Source: Porphyridium purpureum (lineage: Eukaryota). Taken from it: a DNA stretch of 64,000 nucleotides. The position numbers and the translations under genes were made by a program. The stretch is taken from assembly GCA_008690995.1 (NCBI GenBank), contig VRMN01000004.1, forward strand, positions 1,240,001-1,304,000, read 5' to 3'. Under the pieces are notes generated by a model, which was given only the letters and a program-made list of their open reading frames with translations, ran no database searches and had not been told where the DNA came from. Shown piece by piece: positions 20,597 to 30,509 of the stretch (positions are counted from its first letter, which is position 1; every line of letters begins with the position of its first letter).

Positions 20597-21934
20597 CTAG
20601 CGAGGCTGGTAACCATATTGTGGAGGCGGCGCTCCGTACTGCGGCGGATATCCTCCCGGCGGCGGTGCACCATACTGACCAGGTGCTGCAGGATTACTAC
20701 TCGCAGGAGGCTGACCGGGGAACGGGGCACCATAAGGCGGAGCGGCGCCGTACGACGCCGGCGGAGGAGCATATCCTGGCGGAGGAGCATATCCTGCTGG
20801 AGGAGCTCCATACGCTGGTGCATAGGCAGAGTAAGCCTGCGGATGTGGCTGGCCTGCTACCGGAGCACCATACTGCGGGCCGGACCTGGTGACGGAAATA
20901 TCCATGAGCAATTCACCGCCATACGCACCATTCGCAGATGTCAAATGATGCGACTGCTGCATCATCGGCATGCCGGCCATGACCTGATCCAAGCGCACTT
21001 CACAGCGCCCTACCAAATCATCCCTGCTCCCGCCAGATCCATCCTGATCATAGATATCCACATACAACACCGGCGACGACCCAACTGAAGGCGGCAACGG
21101 AAACATCACGTTCTGGTTCCAGCGCGGATTCTTCCCGCCATTCTGAATAACGGATGTCCGCTTCACCTCCGGGACTCCACCCACCCGCACCACGCAGTAC
21201 GGGTCCTGCTTGCCAAATCTGTCTTTATCGGGCAAGTTTCGCCCTTCGACGACCAGCACATTCAACGTCGACGACGCACCGTGCGGCGCTGCCGGAGCTG
21301 GAGCAGCCATGTAGGCCCCCGAGACGGGAGCGCCGGCATATGTAGCCTGGGGTGGGAAGCTCGTCTGGTAGGATCCCGGAGGAGGGCCGTAAGAGGTCTG
21401 AGGCTGCATTGGCTGCATAGCATATGTTGGAGGCGGGGCGTACACCGGAGGAGGTGCCCCGTACGACGGCGGCGGTGCGTACGACGGAGGTGGTGCAGCG
21501 TATGCGCCAGGAACAGATGCCACTTGATACGGAGCCCCTGCTCTGGTGACGGAAATATCCATGAGCAATTCACCGCCATACGCACCATTCGCAGATGTCA
21601 AATGATGCGACTGCTGCATCATCGGCATGCCGGCCATGACCTGATCCAAGCGCACTTCACAGCGCCCTACCAAATCATCCCTGCTCCCGCCAGATCCATC
21701 CTGATCATAGATATCCACGTACAAGACCGGCGACGGCCCAACTGAAGGCGGCAACGGAAACATCACGTTCTGGTTCCAGCGCGGATTCTTCCCGCCATTG
21801 TGAATCACGGATGTCCGCTTCACCTCCGGGACTCCACCTACCCGCACCACGCAGTACGGGTCCTGCTTGCCAAACTTGTCCTTGTCGGGCAGATTCCGCC
21901 CTTCCACAACCAGCACATTCAATGTCGACGTCAT
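20597..21934 (-). CDS. Protein with two tandem C2 domains and Pro/Tyr/Gly-rich linkers
   Basis: Two copies of LNVLVVEGRNLPDKD.FGKQDPYC...GGKNPRWNQ...IYDQD...DDLVGR; YAPPP/YGAPP repeats. Confidence 0.9.
   Translation of the reverse strand: MTSTLNVLVVEGRNLPDKDKFGKQDPYCVVRVGGVPEVKRTSVIHNGGKNPRWNQNVMFPLPPSVGPSPVLYVDIYDQDGSGGSRDDLVGRCEVRLDQVMAGMPMMQQSHHLTSANGAYGGELLMDISVTRAGAPYQVASVPGAYAAPPPSYAPPPSYGAPPPVYAPPPTYAMQPMQPQTSYGPPPGSYQTSFPPQATYAGAPVSGAYMAAPAPAAPHGASSTLNVLVVEGRNLPDKDRFGKQDPYCVVRVGGVPEVKRTSVIQNGGKNPRWNQNVMFPLPPSVGSSPVLYVDIYDQDGSGGSRDDLVGRCEVRLDQVMAGMPMMQQSHHLTSANGAYGGELLMDISVTRSGPQYGAPVAGQPHPQAYSAYAPAYGAPPAGYAPPPGYAPPPASYGAAPPYGAPFPGQPPASSNPAAPGQYGAPPPGGYPPQYGAPPPQYGYQPR
20886..21930. 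repeat. Intragenic direct repeat, 2 x 388 nt (20886-21273 and 21543-21930)
   Basis: Offset 657 nt; about 16 mismatches by manual count; first ~176 nt identical. Confidence 0.95.
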
Positions 21935-22206
21935 GGTTCCTCCCGACTGCGCCTTGTGTCTGGCCCGCGCTCCGTCTCCTCGCCAGGTCCCAAAAACCCC
22001 AGTACACTGTACCCACAGAACACAAGAAACAGAACCTCGGGAGGTACAGTTTCCAAATGCGGTAACTGAACACCCACCGACGAGGTACACTTTGTACAGT
22101 TTGATCGTGCGCGCGGAAGCTGAGCAGTGCGCGCGTGTGTGTGTTGGTGCGGGAGCGCGAGTGTGCCAGGAGGTGAAGAAGAGGGGGAAGAAACCGTGGC
22201 ATTCAC

Positions 22207-23601
22207 ATGGGAAAGAAGGAAAGATCCGGCGCGCCAGGTGCGGCCGGGTCGACGAGACTGCCGGACGATGTGGACTATGATTTGGTGGAGACCGGAACGC
22301 CTTCCAAAGGGCTGCGGTCGTCATCGGCGTCCGGGACAGTGCGGCGAGCATGGTTGTGGGTAAGGAAGCAGTCCAGGCTGACGCTCATATTTGGGGTTGC
22401 GTGCACAGCCCTGTTCGCTTTGTTTCTTGTGGTGTGGTTTGGTCATGAGCGTCAACGCTCGTCGCAGTATAGACGGCTGGGAGAAGTGATGAGTTCTTGG
22501 ACTGTCGGTCTGGATGATGCGCTGGCACGCCGCCTGAGGTTCGGGGGAAGTGCAAGCTCGGCCATCCACAACGACGCGCTTCGGAGCCACGAATTTGACG
22601 AATTGAGGCTTTCGGAGCAGCATCATGAAGAAAAGAGCCTCAAAACCACGTTTGTCGGAAGTGGTGCGTCGGAGCCCGGCGCTGACAAACGCCAGGTGCC
22701 GCTGTCGATTGAGGAGATGCTAGATTCCAGAGAACACGATTATCAAGAAGAAATCAAACGCGAGCGCGCTGAGCTACAATTGCAGTCCGAAAAGCTCCAG
22801 AGGGAGCAAGAGCAGCTGCAGGAGAAACGCGAGAGTCTTGGATCAGAGGCACAAAGCATCCGCGCCGAACAAGCGGCCCGCGAGCGACAGTTACGAGAAC
22901 TCAAGGTGCGTGCGCGCACAGAAATGCTGGCAGGTCTGACGGACGAGGTGTTCCGTGGATTGGATATGGAACCCGTCGACGACTATTCCGTTGCGCGACT
23001 CAGTTTCCTGTTGCATAAGGTTGTTCGCGAGTTCAGCGTGAGAACAATAACCGCGCTGACGTGCGACACGGTGGACGCATGGATGGAGCCGCTGATGCAT
23101 CGTCTCGTTTTTGACTTTCCCTACATTGAATTGCGGTGTCTGGTGAAAAACGAGTCCAAACTCGGTGAAATGCAAGCGAGGTACCCTGTGGAGACCAGCT
23201 TTTCAATGTATCCAGGCAACTCGTCGGTGGCATATGATGGCACTGATTTGGTGATTGCATGGTACTGGATTCAGACGGAAAACATGGACAACGGCTTCAA
23301 CGAACTGAAGAAAATATCAGAGATTGCTCCCGAGGCGATCATTGTGCTGAACCACAACCGAGGCCTGCGACGGCAGTCGTTTACGAGGAATCTGGTCAAT
23401 CTGCGCGGTCCACCGCTGCGCTTCAATACACCCATGAAAATGTACAAGGATCTAGGAATCAGTGACGAAACCCTCCAAATGTATTTGTACCGGATGAAGG
23501 ACATGCGGCACGATTTCGGGCAAAAAAGCGTGAATGCTACTCTGGCTGAAGCGAGGGCAAGGTCTGAAGAAATGGAGGAAGATGACATCCCCAAAGATTA
23601 A
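22207..23601 (+). CDS. Type II membrane protein with coiled-coil stem and globular luminal domain, function unknown
   Basis: Single TM segment LTLIFGVACTALFALFLVVWF; E/Q/R heptad region; alpha/beta C-terminal part. Confidence 0.75.
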   Translation: MGKKERSGAPGAAGSTRLPDDVDYDLVETGTPSKGLRSSSASGTVRRAWLWVRKQSRLTLIFGVACTALFALFLVVWFGHERQRSSQYRRLGEVMSSWTVGLDDALARRLRFGGSASSAIHNDALRSHEFDELRLSEQHHEEKSLKTTFVGSGASEPGADKRQVPLSIEEMLDSREHDYQEEIKRERAELQLQSEKLQREQEQLQEKRESLGSEAQSIRAEQAARERQLRELKVRARTEMLAGLTDEVFRGLDMEPVDDYSVARLSFLLHKVVREFSVRTITALTCDTVDAWMEPLMHRLVFDFPYIELRCLVKNESKLGEMQARYPVETSFSMYPGNSSVAYDGTDLVIAWYWIQTENMDNGFNELKKISEIAPEAIIVLNHNRGLRRQSFTRNLVNLRGPPLRFNTPMKMYKDLGISDETLQMYLYRMKDMRHDFGQKSVNATLAEARARSEEMEEDDIPKD

Positions 23602-23619
23602 GCAATGCTTGGAAGAGTT

Positions 23620-24831
23620 TCAAGATATACATTTATCGGCCACGGGATCGTGCAGAGCGACCCGGCGGCTCTGCAATTCACTTCGCACCGCGTCTTCGCG
23701 ATCACGATCATTGCACTCAATACGCAGCACGCGAGGTTGTAATCGCGCGAGGTCTTCCGGGACCGCACACATCCCGTACGCAAAGTGCGAGGTGTCCCAG
23801 CTCGTCAGACTTTCTGGTGGCACGTCCAACAAGCCCTTTGCCAAGTGCATGCTAGGCGAATCATTCGAGGAGTCTCGCCGTAAGCACTCCTCGATCCACC
23901 CTTCCAAGGCGGTCAGCGAGTGCATATCAAATTCAAAGTAAATCATGCCTGTATCAGGAAGCAGGCCATTGTCCTGCAAGATTTGATCCTTCGCGCCCTG
24001 CTGATCGAATTGGAGCACAATGGAATGGTGTAGCTGGTGCAGAGGAAACGGGTTCTGCAGAAAGTACACATCGTGATCCACGCTCAGCACGTTGTATCCA
24101 AGCGAGAGAAAAGTTCGCGTCATGAGCGGTACCAACGCGTGGTCCAACTCCTCCAGTTCCATTTGCATGTCCGACGCCACTTGCATCAGCACCGACGAGG
24201 CACGCAGGACGGGCATCGCCCGGCTTCTGAAATTGGCAAGGACGAGCGCACCTTTCGAGACTAGATCATTTACAACCACAACCACTTTTGGCTTTGGCGA
24301 GCTCATCGCGCTCGAAGTCAGCTCGCATTCTAGCTCGGAGATTCGGTTCTCCACCCACTCCACAGACTGTGCTGTGTTGGGCGCAGCCTGATCTCCGGCG
24401 TAGGCGTTCGCATTCAAGTTTTTCAGGAACGATGTCGGGTTGACAAAAAACAGGACGAGATCGTCTGGACCTGCGCCGTCGGAACCATCCGTCCCAGAAC
24501 TACCTTCGGCGTTCGCGCCGCCGTCGAGATCAGGCACTGCCAGCACGTCATCCCATTCCTGTGCATCCATGTACGAAATAAGACGCTCCGCCCTGTAGCT
24601 CGCGTCATCGCGTGGGGTGGATGACCGCCCATTCCGCTCTGCTTGTCTCCCTGCCGCTGGCTCTCTCCCGACGAAGGCATCTGCGCGGCGCGCCGAGGCC
24701 GAGGCGCCGCGCGCGTCTGACGCCTCGTGAGGCAGCTTCACGTACTGCATCATCAAAGTCTCGACAGCCAAGAGCAGCGCGGTCAGAATTCCCAGCAGCG
24801 AACATAGCCGCAGCACACGCGACGCATTCAT
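23620..24831 (-). CDS. Nucleotide-diphospho-sugar transferase (GT77-like), type II membrane
   Basis: N-terminal TM anchor; LSLGYNVLSVDHDVYFLQNPFP DxD motif; DTGMIYF. Confidence 0.75.
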   Translation of the reverse strand: MNASRVLRLCSLLGILTALLLAVETLMMQYVKLPHEASDARGASASARRADAFVGREPAAGRQAERNGRSSTPRDDASYRAERLISYMDAQEWDDVLAVPDLDGGANAEGSSGTDGSDGAGPDDLVLFFVNPTSFLKNLNANAYAGDQAAPNTAQSVEWVENRISELECELTSSAMSSPKPKVVVVVNDLVSKGALVLANFRSRAMPVLRASSVLMQVASDMQMELEELDHALVPLMTRTFLSLGYNVLSVDHDVYFLQNPFPLHQLHHSIVLQFDQQGAKDQILQDNGLLPDTGMIYFEFDMHSLTALEGWIEECLRRDSSNDSPSMHLAKGLLDVPPESLTSWDTSHFAYGMCAVPEDLARLQPRVLRIECNDRDREDAVRSELQSRRVALHDPVADKCIS

Positions 24832-24939
24832 TGCGCTTCTCGCCCTTTCACCAACTCATCCACACCAAGGCTTTCCCCCTTCGCGCATGCACACACACAT
24901 TCACAATCATCCTCGGAATTCCTCCACCCATAAATATTG

Positions 24940-24947
24940 TGTATATC
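24940..24947 (+). promoter_or_regulatory. TATA-like TGTATATC element upstream of tRNA-Arg
   Basis: Within an AT-rich patch about 40 nt before the tRNA 5' end. Confidence 0.5.
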
Positions 24948-24984
24948 TATTTTAGAAATTCCGCTCGTGCCTTACTTTTACTGA

Positions 24985-25067
24985 GGCCCGCTGGCGAAAC
25001 GGATATCGCGCCTGACTTCGGATCAGGAGGCTGTGGGTTCGAGAGTACGAAGGTCCCACGTGGGTCG
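24985..25067 (+). tRNA. trnR-UCG: tRNA-Arg(UCG) with 10-nt intron in the T-loop (25044-25053, position 59/60)
   Basis: Acceptor GGCCCGC/GTGGGTC, D stem GCGA/TCGC, anticodon arm CCTGA-CTTCGGA-TCAGG, T stem GTGGG/CCCAC around a 17-nt loop; removing AGTACGAAGG gives canonical TTCGAGT. Confidence 0.92.
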
Positions 25068-25085
25068 TTGTGAAAACATCGTAGA

Positions 25086-25091
25086 TTTTTT
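25086..25091 (+). terminator. Pol III oligo-T terminator of tRNA-Arg
   Basis: T6 starting 19 nt after the discriminator base. Confidence 0.75.
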
Positions 25092-25312
25092 GCACTTCCG
25101 CATGGAAGCTGCTCAAGGGAGTAAGGCCACGCTCCTGGGCGTATGCAGCCACATATTGCGGGAGAATTCCTTTTTTCATGTGTGCATGACAGGGCCAGTG
25201 CACAAACGTGCCGCACCTGCTCTCTGCTGTTGCCATTCAAGAAGAAGGACAGAGGAATAGACAGCAACGCGCTAGCTGCAAATCCACCTTGTTCGAATTC
25301 GGGCTACGGGTG

Positions 25313-26407
25313 TCATATTGCGTCGTCCTCGGTCCTGCATCGCTCCAAGGCGGCTTCAATTTTCTGCAGGAACCAATTGTGGTCGAGTATGGGTCGAACG
25401 GTCGGACAGCGCCACATGCACTTGCCATGTAGCTGCTTTTCAAGGACCAGCGCGCCGGGTAAAGCACAGAACGGGTTTTCAGGTGATGTTCTGAGCCGCA
25501 CGGCAACAATTGAGTTACGTGCCTTGTTGTGAATATTGTCATCGAAAAAGATGTGGACTGCGTGCCCCCTCGTCAATGTGAGCCAAAGCGGCTTCCCGCA
25601 TTCAGGCGCAAACCCGTTCCCTCGCCACCACTCATAGTCATCTGAGATCGCCATGATGCTCATGCCCTCCGCGTGCGGGACATGTCGTCCTTCAATGACG
25701 GCTACGGCTTCCTCCTCTGACTTGCATGCTCGTCCTGTCGACGGCTGCGAAAGCACAAACTGCCCGGACTGGCGGTCGTACCTGCCGTCCCACATGTGAG
25801 ATTCATCGCACTTCATTTCATGCCATCCAGACGCGGAAGCTGGTGCGCCAGCTGGTGAGGGTTCCGTTTCCGCAAATGCATTGATGGCGGCACACACGTC
25901 GCTCAAGTCATGACCGAACGTACGCAGCACAATCCGGGTGTGACCGCTTCGCTTTCGCAGCTCACGGAGGGTGTGGAAAAAGGCGGGGAGCACAAAGTAG
26001 TGCTTGCCATCCTGGGATAAACGCGGGTCAATCGTCTCTCCCTCGGGTATGCGAAGAGCGTCGAGCATCTCGAGGTAGAGGCCGCGCAGCGAAGCTCCAT
26101 AATTACCGGGCTCGGTAAAAGTTTTGGCGTGTGCTCGATACACGTCGTAAAAGAGCACGCAACCATCTGGCCACACCCACGACGTGTTGATCTCGGGTCC
26201 GCTTTCAGGATTCTCCCAAATGGGCGGGCCACTTGGATCGCTCTCGCGCCGCACGAAGACCTGCTTTGCGAGCGCCTTGTTCAAACAGTCCTCGAGCCCG
26301 TCGCCTCCCGCCGGATCTGTCACCAGAATAGTTTCATTGAGGTCGAAATGCAGCACTAGGCGTGGGCAGTCTGCTTCAACCGCAGGCATGGTCATGGTCT
26401 CATTCAT
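25313..26407 (-). CDS. HAD-superfamily-like conserved hypothetical protein
   Basis: LVLHFDLNETIL (motif I-like), IVLRTFG.DL, HIFFDDNI (motif IV-like). Confidence 0.7.
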   Translation of the reverse strand: MNETMTMPAVEADCPRLVLHFDLNETILVTDPAGGDGLEDCLNKALAKQVFVRRESDPSGPPIWENPESGPEINTSWVWPDGCVLFYDVYRAHAKTFTEPGNYGASLRGLYLEMLDALRIPEGETIDPRLSQDGKHYFVLPAFFHTLRELRKRSGHTRIVLRTFGHDLSDVCAAINAFAETEPSPAGAPASASGWHEMKCDESHMWDGRYDRQSGQFVLSQPSTGRACKSEEEAVAVIEGRHVPHAEGMSIMAISDDYEWWRGNGFAPECGKPLWLTLTRGHAVHIFFDDNIHNKARNSIVAVRLRTSPENPFCALPGALVLEKQLHGKCMWRCPTVRPILDHNWFLQKIEAALERCRTEDDAI

Positions 26408-26492
26408 CGACGGACCCGTACTGCCAAGTAACCGATTGAATTGAGCGACGGAGGCGCGTTCTGGCTGTCCAACTGAGCACCGGAATTTTTCG

Positions 26493-28226
26493 ATGGTGGA
26501 CCAGGATTCTGGAACATACTGGGCAAGAATGCCTGCGTTTTGCTGCGGGACACGTGAGCAGGGCCGTGCGCCGCCGGCAGGCTCCGTAGGCTCGGCGGGT
26601 CCGCCGGGACTGGGTCAAAGGCCCCCGCAGCAGCAGACGGGGTCGCGGCATCCGAATGCAACCCGCGTGTCATCGAGAAGTCGGTTCGGTGCCGGCGCAC
26701 CGGCGCCCGCGGTACGCAAGCTTGTTGATACAGACGCTCGCCTGCAGGCGCTCTGGACCAAGTACGATGCGGATGTCGGTCGGAAGCGCGGAACGGATAT
26801 GAAGAACGCGCCCGTGACTGGGTCCGGGGATGAGCAAGAAGGAAACGATTATTACGTGATTTTTGATATTCTCGCTCTGGATGGCGAGCTTCGGACGCAG
26901 CTCGATGCGCCAGAACTGCAACCGCATGTTTTGGATCCGCAGGTCATGCGCGTAGCGCAGCATGCCGACGTATGGAGGCAGCGCTTGGCAAACGTGCACG
27001 AAATGCTCATCGCCGAGACCACAAGACTGGAGCTGGAGACGACCGAGTTTGAGCACTTGTTTGAGATCGTGCTATCTACGAATGACGCGCACAATATGAT
27101 TACGTTTGTGGCAGACCTCGCAAGCTTCAAGATTGGGGTGCTCTTGTACGTCGAAAAGTGGATCAAGTACGCCCGTCCCGAATTGGTGCAACGATTTGAT
27201 GCGCTCCGTGCACGTGTCGAATACCTTGATGCTCGCGCTCGCAGGGACTTTCCAGGGCGTGCGGATCAGCTAAATTTGGGGCAGTACGATTTTGCCGTGA
27301 GCTCGCGGACCACAGTCCGCTTCGCCGGGCCTGTACTAGACCGCACAAAGTCACACTTTTCTGGGCGGGCAAGCAAGCGCGCAGAACGCGAACCAGAGAC
27401 TTTTGAAGAGTTCCAGAAGTCGCTTGAGTTCGAAAAGACACGCGCGCGGTCTTTTCGTCCCGGCAGTTCAAAGTCCTTCGGGCCTGGTGGCGAAAAAGAG
27501 CGGACCCGGGGTAGTCGACATCCGCCTGATGCGATGCGACGTACAGGCACGCTCCGCATGATGGCTGCTCTGATCACGTCGAGCACAGATGCCGGTGGGG
27601 CTTCTCTTGGGGCGCCTCCCGTCGGAGGGCCGCCCAAAGCAAGTCCGCCGCTGGCGAGCAATGCCCGCGCAACTCCAAATCAAACGCAGGCGCCGAACGG
27701 CACCGACGCCGGTCACTTGCAGCAGCATTTTTCCTTTTCATCGGCACTCTATGCCACCAAGAACAAGCGTCAGGAGTCGGTCAAGGACATGGGCGCGTCG
27801 CTGGTCCCTTCGCCAGTGCGTGGCGACGGGCGGTGCTTGTTTCGGTCGGTGGCCAAGGGCCGAGCTCTTTTGACCAATCGCATCGCCCAGTGGTGCGAAG
27901 AGATGGAGCGTCGCGACGCTGACCAACTCCGCGCGCTTGCCGTAAAGGAGATCCGGGCTCACAAAGAGCTGCTGTCGACCTTTTGCGTGATTGAAGGCGA
28001 CATCGATCGTTATTGCCGCAAAATGAGCAGTGTGCGCACGTTTGGAGGCGAGCCCGAGCTGCTCATGCTGGCACTGATTATACACAGCCCCATAGCTGTT
28101 TATCTGAGGCAAGGCGCGGGCTTCCGACAGATCCAAGTTTACGGGCGCCAGTTCGACGGGCGGCCAGTCAATATCCTGTACGTTGACTCGATTCACTACG
28201 ACTGCCTTGTTCCGCGTTTCATGTGA
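26493..28226 (+). CDS. OTU-domain deubiquitinase
   Basis: C-terminal VRGDGRCLFRS, FGGEPEL, IHYDCL catalytic motifs. Confidence 0.88.
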   Translation: MVDQDSGTYWARMPAFCCGTREQGRAPPAGSVGSAGPPGLGQRPPQQQTGSRHPNATRVSSRSRFGAGAPAPAVRKLVDTDARLQALWTKYDADVGRKRGTDMKNAPVTGSGDEQEGNDYYVIFDILALDGELRTQLDAPELQPHVLDPQVMRVAQHADVWRQRLANVHEMLIAETTRLELETTEFEHLFEIVLSTNDAHNMITFVADLASFKIGVLLYVEKWIKYARPELVQRFDALRARVEYLDARARRDFPGRADQLNLGQYDFAVSSRTTVRFAGPVLDRTKSHFSGRASKRAEREPETFEEFQKSLEFEKTRARSFRPGSSKSFGPGGEKERTRGSRHPPDAMRRTGTLRMMAALITSSTDAGGASLGAPPVGGPPKASPPLASNARATPNQTQAPNGTDAGHLQQHFSFSSALYATKNKRQESVKDMGASLVPSPVRGDGRCLFRSVAKGRALLTNRIAQWCEEMERRDADQLRALAVKEIRAHKELLSTFCVIEGDIDRYCRKMSSVRTFGGEPELLMLALIIHSPIAVYLRQGAGFRQIQVYGRQFDGRPVNILYVDSIHYDCLVPRFM

Positions 28227-28275
28227 ATTTGTTTTATTGAACATAGTGCCGTCTGTACATACACAAAGAAAACAG

Positions 28276-28962
28276 TTAGATTCCGTTCGTTGCCTGGCTC
28301 ATGCTCGCTGAACGCCCGCCGGCAAGGCTTTTCTGCGCCGCTGGCGTGCGTTCCGGTGCGAAAACAACGTTCCAGAGCGCGTCACAGCTTTCTAAGCTGG
28401 CTGTGCTTGACTCGAGAAGCATAGTTGCATCGGGGAGTTCTGAACCCGCTGTGACAGGCGAGGCTATAGTCAGCCCTGCACCGGACCGCTTGGCTCGTTT
28501 CCGTGATGTTTCGAGGCTTTTCACTCTGCGCCGCAGTACAGTTGGGCAGCTCTCTTCAGTCTCGGATATGTGACCACTTGTTTCCTCGCCGACCCATCGC
28601 AAATCAGACGCAGCTTCCAGCGTGCGCTTTGGCTGTCCCGACCGAACTAGCATGGCGTTCTGACTGCACTCGCTCGGGGCTGCGGACATGCCGAACATGG
28701 CGTGCCGCCTGGTCCACTCGCTCTGCTGGTCCTCGGATGATGTGGCGCACGGCGACTGGAAGAGTTCGGCGAGCCGGTCGCCAAACACTTCGTCGCCACT
28801 GCGCACAGAGACCAGGGCTTTCTGTAGCGCGCGAGCCTCTGGCTGCGACTCGGCGCGCACATGTGCGTGCGGCCCGGTCTCCGCGTCGAAAATGCGACTG
28901 AATACTTCATGCAGCGGCGGCAGGTCGCTCATCATGCTCGCTTTTTGACTGCTTCCCTCCAT
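28276..28962 (-). CDS. Hypothetical protein
   Basis: 228-aa ATG ORF; TATATA element at about 29063-29071 upstream. Confidence 0.55.
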   Translation of the reverse strand: MEGSSQKASMMSDLPPLHEVFSRIFDAETGPHAHVRAESQPEARALQKALVSVRSGDEVFGDRLAELFQSPCATSSEDQQSEWTRRHAMFGMSAAPSECSQNAMLVRSGQPKRTLEAASDLRWVGEETSGHISETEESCPTVLRRRVKSLETSRKRAKRSGAGLTIASPVTAGSELPDATMLLESSTASLESCDALWNVVFAPERTPAAQKSLAGGRSASMSQATNGI

Positions 28963-29174
28963 GCTCCTGCTTCTTCACGCTCTCCTCCCCGCACATGACA
29001 CGACCCTTATGTCTCTCGCGGTCTGCACGCCCTCCTCCGCATGGCACATTGCGACACGCGGCTATATATATGGCCGCTGGGCCGGGGAATTCCACGCTCC
29101 GCTGGCCTGGTGACGTGAGCACACAGCCTCGGCTGCTGGCAGATCTGCAACACCAACAGAACGGACAGACAGAC

Positions 29175-29199
29175 ACTCACACACACACACACACACACA
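29175..29199. repeat. (CA)n microsatellite
   Basis: Direct reading of the sequence. Confidence 0.9.
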
Positions 29200-29412
29200 G
29201 CTTGGAGAAAGAAAGCACGCGCGAGTCGAGTAGGTGCACATGTGCGCGAGCGAGCGAAAGTGCCTACGTGCGGGGTGGGTGCGCACGGCGAGTGAATGGA
29301 GAGGTCCGTATCGAATGATTGATTTTCTTCCGTTGCTCGTGGTGTGAGGGCAAAAGCGCACCAAAGACAGGGAGGCAAAAAGCGAGACGTACCCAAGACG
29401 GAATGGGATTCT

Positions 29413-29441
29413 TGATGTGGTGATGTGGTGATGTGGTGATG
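29413..29441. repeat. (TGATGTGG)3.6 tandem repeat
   Basis: tgatgtgg tgatgtgg tgatgtgg tgatg. Confidence 0.85.
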
Positions 29442-30509
29442 CGTGCATCTGCGTATGGAATGTGCGTTTTTGATTACTCGGCGGGCAGGGGGAGGGGGCG
29501 CCTCTCCTCCAACGTTCCCTACCCTCCTCCTCCGCTTCCTCGTCGCCCGCACGGAGCTTATTCCAAAGAGCCGCGTTCGTCCTCGGTTGGCGTTTTGCGC
29601 GGTGTCATTTTCGGTGTTGTCACTGGAAGAAGGCCACGCAGATACATCATCCCAACCACAAACGCCATAAAGATTCGCCTGTCCGAGGGCGAGTGCGTGA
29701 CGCAAGCACCGAAAAATAACTCTAAAAATTCGATTCTCCAATCCGTTTGCATAACTCCGCCGCGTGGGTTGTTCTCGGCCGCCCCCCTCGCTCTTTCTTC
29801 TTCCTTTTTTCCCCTTTTTTTTTTCCCTTGGCACTATGTGTTACGGTGGAGGACATTATTTTTTGGTGGAAAAAGACAAGCATAAGCGGGAGGCTGAAAA
29901 TGATGTGCAGAAGGGAAAAAAAATTTAAAAAAAATAAAGGAGGGAATATGGCGCCGTCCAGATTGGCCACGCAGACGCAAGCGCACTCACGTTCCAGTCT
30001 CAGCTGTTCGGCACTCAGCATGGCCGTAACGCTTTGCTGCCCACAGGGCGCCAACGATACGCACCTCCAGCGCACCTGCTAAAAACAGAATAAAAATGAA
30101 GGTACAAAAAACCGACAAGAAAACCACAGCCACACACGTGTAAGCTGGCAACCCTGCGAAAAATTCGAAAAAAGAAAAAAAGATTGATAACGAGATGTGT
30201 TGGTCGCGTGAAAAGACGCGAAATATGTGTGGTTGCGAAATGGGTCGTTCTGTGCGCACACACCCCAGGCAAAATTGGAAAGGCAGCGAGGTACAGCTCC
30301 TTTGCATATTGGGTGCGTGGGTGCGTGTGATTTTGTGCTGAAGGCAGGGTATAAAGACTCAGGAAGCGCGTGGTTCCAACGTGGCCACGGCAGAATGATT
30401 CGGCCACGCGAGGAAAGGAGAAAGTGCGGGAAAGAGGCAAGTGCGCGGAGGCGATGAGCGATTGCAGCAGTCAAGCTTTCAAGTGGCAAGATTCGAGGGG
30501 GTACAGTTG

